Source: Actinomycetota bacterium (GTDB lineage Bacteria; Actinomycetota; Thermoleophilia; UBA2241). From it: 64,000 bases of DNA. Of this stretch, positions 1-7,412 are shown in pieces. The position numbers were made by a program, and so were the translations under genes. Positions within the stretch are counted from its first letter, which is position 1; the number at the start of each line of letters is the position of its first letter. Location of the stretch: the NCBI GenBank assembly GCA_003132585.1, contig PKYG01000095.1, forward strand, positions 21,931-85,930. The letters run 5' to 3'. Under the pieces are notes generated by a model. That model did not search any database. It was given only the letters and a program-made list of their open reading frames with translations, and was not told the origin of the DNA.

Positions 1-231
1 CTGTCACTGCTGATCGCCGGCGACCTCATGCGCCTCGAAGACGGCGTGATCCGCGAATCGCCGCCGGGCTTTGCCGCCGACGTCGACCAGGCGCTGGCCT
101 CCGCCAAGGCGGTCGCGGCGCTGGGATTCGACCGCTTCGTCGGCTATCACGGCGGCTACGTCGTCTCGGGCGCCCGCGAGCTGCTGAGCGCGAGCCTTAC
201 TGAAGCGACGACGGAGAACGTGAAGGCATGA
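1..231 (+). CDS. Partial CDS: C-terminal 76 codons of a gene that starts upstream of the window. Product unknown, possibly a hydrolase C-terminus.
   Basis: Open in frame from nt 1. TGA at 229-231 overlaps the ATG of the next gene (ATGA), which suggests translational coupling. Confidence 0.4.
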   Translation: MSLLIAGDLMRLEDGVIRESPPGFAADVDQALASAKAVAALGFDRFVGYHGGYVVSGARELLSASLTEATTENVKA

Positions 232-2015
232 CAGAGCGTGGCCCACTGGCGCTGATTCCCGAACGGGGCACGGGCACGCACGGGCGCGTTCCCTACAAGT
301 GGATCGCTCTCTCCTGCACGACGCTCGGCGTGCTGATGGCGATGATCAACGCCTCGAGCCTCTTGATCGCGCTGCCGGCCATCTTCCGCGGCATCCACCT
401 GAGCCCGCTCGAGCCCGGCAACTTCACCTATCTGCTGTGGATCCTCATGGGCTACGGCCTGGTCTCGGCCGCGCTCGTTGTGACGGCCGGCCGCATCGGC
501 GACATGTTCGGTCGCGTCCTCATGTTCAAGATCGGCTTCATCATCTTCACGGCCGCCGCCGTGGGTCTCTCGCTGGTCTGGAGTTCAGGCTCGGCGGGGG
601 CGATCGAGATCATCGTCTTCCGCATGGTCCAGGCCGTCGGCGGCGCGATGATGATGGCCAACTCGGCAGCCATCCTCACCGATGCCTTCCCTCACGACCA
701 GCGCGGCATGGCGCTCGGCATCAATGGCGTCTCGCTGCTCGCCGGGTCCTTCCTCGGCCTGATCCTCGGCGGTGTGCTCGCCGCCGTCGACTGGCGCCTC
801 GTCTTCCTGATCAACGTGCCGATCGGCATCGTCGGCATCGTCTGGGCGTTCTGGCAGCTCCGTGAGGTCGGGGAGCGCCATCGGGCGCGCATCGACTGGC
901 TCGGCAACCTCACGTTCGCCGCCGGCCTCGCCGTGCTGCTCACCGGCATCACCTACGGCATCAAGCCCTACGGCGCATCCAACATGGGCTGGTCGAGCCC
1001 CTTCGTGATCGGCATGATCATCGGCGGCGTTGCCGTGCTCGTGGCCTTCGTCTTCATCGAGCGGCGCGTCCAGGAGCCGATGTTCGACCTCGGACTCTTC
1101 CGCATCCGCGCCTTCGCCGCCGGCAACCTCGCGGCGTTGCTCGCGTCCGTTGCCAACAGCGGCATGCAGTTCATGCTCATCATGTGGCTCCAGGGCATCT
1201 GGCTGCCGCTGCACGGCTACAGTTTCGAGCGGACGCCGCTGTGGGCAGGCATCTACATGCTGCCGCTGACGCTGGGCTTTCTCGTCGCGGGGCCTGTTTC
1301 GGGCGTGCTCTCCGACCGCCACGGAGCACGCCCATTCGCCACCGGCGGCATGGTGGTCGGCGCGGCCAGCTTCTTTCTGCTGATGGCCTTGCCGGCGGAC
1401 TTCGCCTACTGGACGTTCGCTCTCGTGCTCTTCCTCAACGGGGTCTCCTTCGGCATGTTCGCGGCGCCCAACACGGCGGCCGTGATGAACAGCGTGCCGG
1501 CGCGCAACCGCGGCGTCGCCTCGGGGATGCGCGCCACCGCGCAGACGCTCGGCATGCCGCTCTCCATCGGCATCTTCTTCTCGCTCATGGTGGTCGGCCT
1601 GACGGCCAACGTGCCGGCGGCCATGTCCGCCGGCCTGACCGCGCAGCACGTGCCGGTGAACGTCGCGACACAGCTCTCGCACATGCCGCCGACCGGCTAC
1701 CTGTTCGCCGCCTTCCTGGGCTCCAATCCCCTGAAGGCGCTGCTCGGGCCGCACGTGTTGGGAGCGCTGTCGGCGACCGACGTGAACACGCTGGTGAGCA
1801 AGGAGTTCTTCCCCTCGCTCATCGCCCGTCCGTTCAAGGACGGCATCGTCGATGTGCTCATCTTCGCCGCCGCCATGTGTCTGGTGGCGGCGCTCGCCTC
1901 GTGGCTGCGCGGTGGCAAGTTCGTGCACGAGGAGGCGCGGGCCGTCCACGGCGACGAACCCAAGCGGGCGCACGGCCGACTTGCGGAGCCGGCCAAAGGT
2001 GAAACGCCGGACTGA
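228..2015 (+). CDS. MFS transporter, DHA2 (EmrB/QacA-like) drug:H+ antiporter family
   Basis: 595 aa. About 14 predicted hydrophobic helices. Typical MFS N-terminal helix motifs (GRIGDMFGR, TDAFPHDQRGMALG). Confidence 0.85.
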   Translation: MTERGPLALIPERGTGTHGRVPYKWIALSCTTLGVLMAMINASSLLIALPAIFRGIHLSPLEPGNFTYLLWILMGYGLVSAALVVTAGRIGDMFGRVLMFKIGFIIFTAAAVGLSLVWSSGSAGAIEIIVFRMVQAVGGAMMMANSAAILTDAFPHDQRGMALGINGVSLLAGSFLGLILGGVLAAVDWRLVFLINVPIGIVGIVWAFWQLREVGERHRARIDWLGNLTFAAGLAVLLTGITYGIKPYGASNMGWSSPFVIGMIIGGVAVLVAFVFIERRVQEPMFDLGLFRIRAFAAGNLAALLASVANSGMQFMLIMWLQGIWLPLHGYSFERTPLWAGIYMLPLTLGFLVAGPVSGVLSDRHGARPFATGGMVVGAASFFLLMALPADFAYWTFALVLFLNGVSFGMFAAPNTAAVMNSVPARNRGVASGMRATAQTLGMPLSIGIFFSLMVVGLTANVPAAMSAGLTAQHVPVNVATQLSHMPPTGYLFAAFLGSNPLKALLGPHVLGALSATDVNTLVSKEFFPSLIARPFKDGIVDVLIFAAAMCLVAALASWLRGGKFVHEEARAVHGDEPKRAHGRLAEPAKGETPD

Positions 2016-2047
2016 CACAACCAGCACTCTCGAAGGGAAGGATCATC

Positions 2048-2380
2048 ATGCCGTTCACAGCCCTCTTCATCGCCCACGTTCCCGACGCCGACCCCACCAG
2101 GGACCGGTCGCTCGTGGAGACCAAGCTTTACAGGCTCTTCAGCGTCCTCGTGCAGAGCACAGACCAGGCGGTCGCCGTCTGTCAGGAGTTGGTCGCCGCA
2201 GAGGGCGTCCAGTCGGTCCTCCTCTGCCCCGGCAACACGCACCAGGACGTTGCGCAGATCGTTGCGGCGCTCGGCGACGGGGTCTCGGTCTCCGTGGCGA
2301 GAGGCGACAGCCGCAGCGGCCGCGTGGCGGCGCAGGCGATGGAGCAAGCGGGCTGGTTTTCAGAGCGGCCACCGGCGTGA
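2048..2380 (+). CDS. Hypothetical small protein (110 aa), possibly DUF6506-like
   Basis: GGAAGG Shine-Dalgarno 6 nt upstream of the ATG. Coding-like composition. No recognised catalytic motif. Confidence 0.5.
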   Translation: MPFTALFIAHVPDADPTRDRSLVETKLYRLFSVLVQSTDQAVAVCQELVAAEGVQSVLLCPGNTHQDVAQIVAALGDGVSVSVARGDSRSGRVAAQAMEQAGWFSERPPA

Positions 2381-2395
2381 GTCAGGAGCCAATAG

Positions 2396-2635
2396 GTGGA
2401 ATTGCGTAGCCGCCACCTGGGATGTCTCCTCGGGCTTGCCTGCGGCGATGCCGTCGGAACGACCGTCGAGTTCGAGGCCCGGGGCTCTTTTCCGCCTGTG
2501 ACAGACATGACCGGCGGAGGGCCGTTCGGGCTCGCGCCGGGGCAGTGGACCGACGACACGTCGATGGCGCTCTGTCTCGCGGAGAGCCTCTTGTCGTGCC
2601 ACGGAGTAGGGCGAACACCACCGCGAGCTCCTTGA
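2396..2635 (+). pseudogene. ADP-ribosylglycohydrolase family gene truncated after 79 codons (full-length members are about 300 aa)
   Basis: N-terminal ARH signature ([10 protein letters not shown]...EF...[14 protein letters not shown]). Genuine GTG start with an AGGAG SD. Premature TGA at 2633-2635 immediately before the higBA module. Confidence 0.5.
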
Positions 2636-2666
2636 CGCTTGTCACGTGACACGTTACAGTTGACAC
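2632..2666 (+). promoter_or_regulatory. Putative sigma70-like promoter TTGACG-17nt-TACAGT with overlapping CACGTG palindromes (GTCACGTGAC and two further CACGTG copies). Candidate HigA autoregulatory operator.
   Basis: Seen directly at 2632-2666, immediately 5' of the higB remnant start (GTG 2667). Confidence 0.35.
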
Positions 2667-2840
2667 GTGATCAAGACGTTCGCCGACCGGCAGACGCAGG
2701 AGCTGTACGTCACAGGCAAGTCGAAACGGATTCCGCCCGACATCGCGAGGCGCGCGATGCGCAAGCTGGAGTACGTCGATTTGGCGACGGCGACGCCTAC
2801 GACGTCGAGGTCACCGACTATCACTGAGAGCGAGGTGTGA
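2667..2840 (+). pseudogene. higB: higB-like (RelE/ParE superfamily) toxin remnant, frameshifted and internally deleted
   Basis: Frame 3 gives the HigB N-terminus (VIKTFADRQTQELYVTGKSKRIPPDIARRAMRKL). The conserved C-terminus GDAYDVEVTDYH is in another frame (ORF 2639-2827). Total length about 55 codons against about 92 for an intact HigB. Confidence 0.55.
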
Positions 2841-2841
2841 G

Positions 2842-3156
2842 ATGAGTATCCCGAACACAGGCGAGAGGGCCACGCGGCCGACCCATCCGGGCGAGATGCT
2901 GCGCGAGGACTTCCTGCCCGACTACGATCTCACGGTCTCCGGACTGGCCGAGGCGCTGGGCGTCTCGCGCCAGTCGGTCAACGAACTGCTGCGCGGTCGC
3001 AGGGCGGTCAGCCCGGCGATGGCGCTGCGTCTGTCGCGCCTGTTTGGCAACACGGCCGAGTTCTGGCTCAATGCGCAGCGGGCTGTGGATCTCTGGGACG
3101 CGGCTGAGGCGATCAAGACCGAGGTCGAGAGCATCAAGCCGCTGAGGGTCGCGTAG
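2842..3156 (+). CDS. higA: HigA family antitoxin (XRE-type HTH, addiction module antidote protein)
   Basis: 104 aa. Motif PTHPGEMLREDFL...LGVSRQSVNELLRGRRAVSPAMALRLSRLFGNTAEFWLNAQ is typical of HigA. ATG 1 nt after the higB-remnant stop. Confidence 0.8.
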   Translation: MSIPNTGERATRPTHPGEMLREDFLPDYDLTVSGLAEALGVSRQSVNELLRGRRAVSPAMALRLSRLFGNTAEFWLNAQRAVDLWDAAEAIKTEVESIKPLRVA

Positions 3157-3528
3157 CCGCAAGTTTGAAGTGCTACACCGCCGTGCCCGGGTCATCCGCT
3201 GGCGGCTCGGGCGACACGCTCTCGGGGGTCTGCTCCAGGGCGCACCTCTCCTGTTCTCTGCGCGCAAAGGGCCGCTCGGCGCGGCCCCTTGCCCAGGTTC
3301 GACGGCGTCGCTCCAGGCCTCCGTTCAGGCCGCCTTCGTCGCCGCGCCGGACACGTTGAAGCGCCGCGAAGCGGACTCGCCCTCGTCGAACCCGCGGCCT
3401 CCTCCTGCTTGCCCGGCATCACAACGGATCGTGTGCTGGCCGGCGTCTCCGGCCGACGCCACTTCGACAGCCGTCGAATCGTCAGCCCTAGCCCGGCCTC
3501 GTTCGTTCCAATAGGGTAGCGGGGTGAC

Positions 3529-4416
3529 ATGCCTCAGGCGATCGGAGTCAGAGTGAGCGCTCACCGCTTTGGACCGACCATCATCGAGGTGGACGGCCTC
3601 TCCAAGCACTACGGCGATGTGCGTGCAGTCGATGATGTCAGCTTCAGCGTGGCCGAGGGCGAGATCCTCGGCCTCCTCGGCCACAACGGCGCCGGCAAGA
3701 CGACGACGATCCGCATGCTCACGGGGCGGGCGCGGCCGACAAGCGGGCGCGCGCTCATCGCCGGGCATGACGTCGTGCACGAGCGCGAGCGCGTGAAGCC
3801 GCTCATCAATCTCGTCTTCGAGGAGCAGAATCTCTACGAGCGGCAAACGGGGCGCGAGAACCTGGAGCTGTTCGCCAAGCTCTACGGCGCGCCATCGGCG
3901 CGCGTCCCGGAGCTTCTCGAGCGCGTCGGCCTCACGGACGCGGCTTCCCGCAGGGTAAGGACCTACTCCAGCGGCATGAAGCAGCGGCTGCTCATCGCCC
4001 GGGGGCTGGTGAACGATCCCCGAGTCCTGTTTCTCGACGAACCCACCAAGGGACTCGACCCATCGTCGGCCCGTGACGTGCGCGGCATCATCCGCGACCA
4101 CGCCCGCGATGGCGCCACGGTCTTTCTCACTACGCACTACATGGAAGAGGCGGACGAACTGTGCGACCGCGTCGCCTTCCTGGCCGCCGGCAAGATCGTC
4201 GCGCTCGACACGCCGCGTGAGCTCAAGCTCCGCTACGGCGAGCGCACTGCCGACGTGCTGTTGCGCGACCGGACCGAGCACGAGGTCCGCCTCGACGAGG
4301 GCGCGGATGCCGCCCGCCTCGAGGCGTGGATGGCCGCCGGCGAGGTGCTCACCGTGCATTCCCGCGAGGGCACCCTCGAGGACGTCTTCGTGAACCTGGC
4401 CGGCAGGCCGCTGTGA
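3529..4416 (+). CDS. ABC transporter ATP-binding protein
   Basis: Walker A GHNGAGKTT, signature SSGMKQRL, Walker B VLFLDEPT. Confidence 0.9.
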   Translation: MPQAIGVRVSAHRFGPTIIEVDGLSKHYGDVRAVDDVSFSVAEGEILGLLGHNGAGKTTTIRMLTGRARPTSGRALIAGHDVVHERERVKPLINLVFEEQNLYERQTGRENLELFAKLYGAPSARVPELLERVGLTDAASRRVRTYSSGMKQRLLIARGLVNDPRVLFLDEPTKGLDPSSARDVRGIIRDHARDGATVFLTTHYMEEADELCDRVAFLAAGKIVALDTPRELKLRYGERTADVLLRDRTEHEVRLDEGADAARLEAWMAAGEVLTVHSREGTLEDVFVNLAGRPL

Positions 4417-5504
4417 ACCTCTCACGCATCACCGCAATCTACGGCAAAGACCTGCGCGACGCGCTGCGAGACTCGCGCCTCATCATCGCCGTCCTCATGC
4501 CGCTGCTCATCGGCCTTCTTTACAGCTTCATTTTCAAGGACGACACGAAGCCGACCGGCAAGCTCGGCGTGGTCGCGTCCGCGTCGACGCAGTTGCCGGC
4601 TGCTCTGCACGCGGCGACGAAGGCGGCCCTACAGTTGAAGGTGCAGTCCTTTGCCGATCAGGCGGCCTTGACCCTGCAGGTGCGGGACAAGAAAGTGGAC
4701 GTCGGCTTGGTGGTCCCGGCCGGCTTTGACAGCGCGCTGAAGAGCGGCGCCTCGCCGAAGCTCACGGTGATACTGCCTGCCTCGCCGAGCTTCGGCGGTG
4801 ACTACGTGGCGGCGGTTCTCGACCGGGTGACGCAGTCGCTCGCGGGGCAGGTGCCGGCGGCGACCATCGCGCTGGTGACGCTCCCCGCCACGGCCGGGAC
4901 CGCCGACTCGGCACTCGCCGCGCTCGGTGTGCGCAAGACGTTCGTGCTCGTGGCCGTCATCCTCATGCTCGCCATGATCGCCGTCTACGCGCTACCGGCA
5001 GTGCTCACTGAGGAGACCGAGAAACGGACCGTCGAGGCGCTCACCCTGATCGCTTCCGACGTCGAGGTGATCGTCGCCAAATCGCTGTTCGGCCTCACGT
5101 ATTGCGTGATCTCCGTGCCGCTGATGCTGGCGATCACCCGGGTGGTGCCCGAGAACCTGGCGCTCTTCGTCTCCGCCATCGTTCTGACCTCTGTGACCTT
5201 GGTCGGCCTTGGCCTGCTTCTGGGCGGGCTGATGCGCACTCAGACGCAGCTCAACACCTGGAGCACCGTCGCCCTTCTCCCCCTGATCGTCCCGGCCATC
5301 GTCGTTGGGCTGCCTGTGCCGGGCCGGGTCGAGGCGGTCGTGTCGGTCATCCCCACGGCGCAGACGATGCGGCTCGGAATGAATGCTCTCGCCGGCCGCC
5401 AGCTGTTCGGCGCGGAGTGGCTCTCGTTTGCGATCATCCTCGGCTGGGCGGTGGCCGCCTACGGCCTCGTCTGGTGGCGCCTGTCGCGGCAGGAGGCCGC
5501 CTAA
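4413..5504 (+). CDS. ABC-2 family transporter permease
   Basis: GTG start overlaps the ATPase stop (GTGA). Six predicted TM helices. The in-frame ORF extends upstream to 4326, but only the part from 4413 looks coding. Confidence 0.75.
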   Translation: MNLSRITAIYGKDLRDALRDSRLIIAVLMPLLIGLLYSFIFKDDTKPTGKLGVVASASTQLPAALHAATKAALQLKVQSFADQAALTLQVRDKKVDVGLVVPAGFDSALKSGASPKLTVILPASPSFGGDYVAAVLDRVTQSLAGQVPAATIALVTLPATAGTADSALAALGVRKTFVLVAVILMLAMIAVYALPAVLTEETEKRTVEALTLIASDVEVIVAKSLFGLTYCVISVPLMLAITRVVPENLALFVSAIVLTSVTLVGLGLLLGGLMRTQTQLNTWSTVALLPLIVPAIVVGLPVPGRVEAVVSVIPTAQTMRLGMNALAGRQLFGAEWLSFAIILGWAVAAYGLVWWRLSRQEAA

Positions 5505-5670
5505 ACGCCTTGCTTGGGCGTCAGTTGAGACCGGCGTCCCTGCGCCGCAATCCCCAAGTGCTTGCATTCATTGTCGCTTGGGGGTAGACCAATCACCATA
5601 CGAGACTCCTGACCTGAGCAACGCTCAATAATATCCGGGTCTTTCAACCGCCGATCCAGGCACGAAAAGC

Positions 5671-6105
5671 TTAGGCTTGAAGCAATGCCTGTAGCTTCTC
5701 GATATCGATGCCCTTGGCAAGCCTGAGCTTCCTCGGCAACCCGCCTTTTGGGTTCGCGACGAGCAACTCAGCGCCGCTTTGCCCTCTCCGACCGAGCGTG
5801 ACATCGACCAGTGGGACGGCGATGACTCCGCTTGGGTCTGGTTGGAACGGGCGTTTGATTCGACCGAAAAGGACACGCCCTGGCGTTATGCCAACGTACC
5901 ACTGCGTTTCGAGGAACAGTGCCAAAAGAGGACCGAACATCGGGAGCACAATCGACCATGAGAGTAAGAACCTCACCGCAGCCGGCGCCCTGAACTGGGT
6001 CACAGCGCTGAACCAGCGCAACTCCTCATCCGGCTCGAGGTTTGGCTTGAGGGCTTCGCGCATCAGTTCGACGTTCGCTTGAATCCGGTCTGCTAGCTTC
6101 CCCAC
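5671..6105 (-). CDS. Hypothetical protein (144 aa) with one hydrophobic segment. Lower GC than its surroundings.
   Basis: ORF with non-Arg-rich composition and a single predicted TM (FLLSWSIVLPMFGPLLALFL). A bacterial-PH-like fold is only a guess. Confidence 0.45.
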   Translation of the reverse strand: MGKLADRIQANVELMREALKPNLEPDEELRWFSAVTQFRAPAAVRFLLSWSIVLPMFGPLLALFLETQWYVGITPGRVLFGRIKRPFQPDPSGVIAVPLVDVTLGRRGQSGAELLVANPKGGLPRKLRLAKGIDIEKLQALLQA

Positions 6106-6493
6106 GGTGATACCCCTTTCAGATCTGTTGACTGACCTGCCCTCATCTAGTGGTCCACTTCCTATGATAGTCCGATGGCCATCTGCGGCCCAGGAGACGG
6201 TGGACCGTGATCGGCAAGCGAGAAGCCCGGCCGAGCGATCGGCGACGACCCGTTGGCACTTGTGGCCCAGGTCTTGGACTCGTGTGCGGCTACGAAGACC
6301 CCCAGAAGCCTCGCGAGGAGCCGACGCAAGCCGACGCCACCAGAGGCCGTATGGCGCTGCGGGTCGTGCGTGAGACGGCCAGTGGTTTCCGATCCGAGAA
6401 CCGTGACCTCGAGTGGACCGATCTCAGAGGGTCAGGTCAGTCTCTACTCTCGTGATCGGCGAGCGGGCGCCTGGCGCCCGCTCGCCAGGTTTC

Positions 6494-7180
6494 TCAGACG
6501 CTCTCCGTGCGCGCGCGTCCGCACACGCTGCAGAAGCGCTTCTCGTCGTCTGCATAAGCCGTGCCGCATCCAGGGCAGAATCGCACCGGTTCGGCCGGTG
6601 GTGCCACTGCAGTCGGCTCAGCCGGCGGCGAGACCGCCATCGGCGCGTCCGGAGACGAAACTGCCACCTCATCGATCGGTGGCGAGACCGCGATCGGCGG
6701 TGCCGGCTCGCGTGCGGATGTCTCGGTCACCGCTGGCGCCACGGCTGCGTCGCCCGCGCGCGCGACCGTGCTTCTGCCAATCAGCAAGACGCCGAGCAGC
6801 GCCACCTCGACAGCAGCGAGAACGATCACGATGATCAAAACTGCGCTCGGAATCGAAGGGGTATGCTTGGGTGGCGATCCTCCCCCGACCGCAATCTGTG
6901 TCCCCCCTGGGAGTGTCCACTGATCCCCGGAGACCACTATCTTCTGCCACTTGCCCGCGCCCCATATTTGAGTCTCGCCTGAGGACTTGTTCTTCCTGAT
7001 CTCTTGCTGCCCGAACATGCTCATGTTGATGGTGCTGTATTGGTACTTGGGTGACAGAAGAGACCAGACAACAAGGGTGCCGCCCTCTATCACCAGCAGT
7101 GCTATCAAGAGCACCACCAGCTTCTTTCGGTGAGGCGCGACTCGATGAACTAGTCCGCTAAGCAGAGGACTCGATTCCAT
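6494..7180 (-). CDS. Membrane protein with two TM helices, a Pro/Ala-rich linker and a C-terminal zinc ribbon (CPGCG...CSVCG)
   Basis: Strong SD (AAGGGAGGG) 8 nt upstream of ATG 7180. Zinc-ribbon CxxC-x13-CxxC at the C-terminus. The 5' third is AT-richer. Confidence 0.5.
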   Translation of the reverse strand: MESSPLLSGLVHRVAPHRKKLVVLLIALLVIEGGTLVVWSLLSPKYQYSTINMSMFGQQEIRKNKSSGETQIWGAGKWQKIVVSGDQWTLPGGTQIAVGGGSPPKHTPSIPSAVLIIVIVLAAVEVALLGVLLIGRSTVARAGDAAVAPAVTETSAREPAPPIAVSPPIDEVAVSSPDAPMAVSPPAEPTAVAPPAEPVRFCPGCGTAYADDEKRFCSVCGRARTESV

Positions 7181-7412
7181 AAGAACAACCCTCCCTTTGT
7201 TGAGAACGTGCTTGACCGGTTCTTGCTCGATCGTTGGCCGAGGGCAATCATACCAAGGTCCCGGAGCGTGTCACCGATTTTGGGACACCTGCCTTCTGAA
7301 TTCAGTGCAGCACCACATCGCTTCCCGAGAGCCCAGGCTTGCAGGCCTTGATCGGTCTCAGCCTGGCGCACCCACTTACGCAGGGTCTCCGCCGTCATGC
7401 TTCTATCGCGGT

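Noticed and set aside
585-2027. 480-aa ORF antisense to the MFS transporter gene
   Set aside because: Arg/Gly/Asp-rich low-complexity translation typical of antisense frames in high-GC DNA. The sense strand encodes a well-supported 14-TM MFS protein.
3325-4425. 366-aa ORF antisense to the ABC ATPase gene
   Set aside because: Antisense frame of a gene with clear Walker motifs. Composition is non-protein-like.
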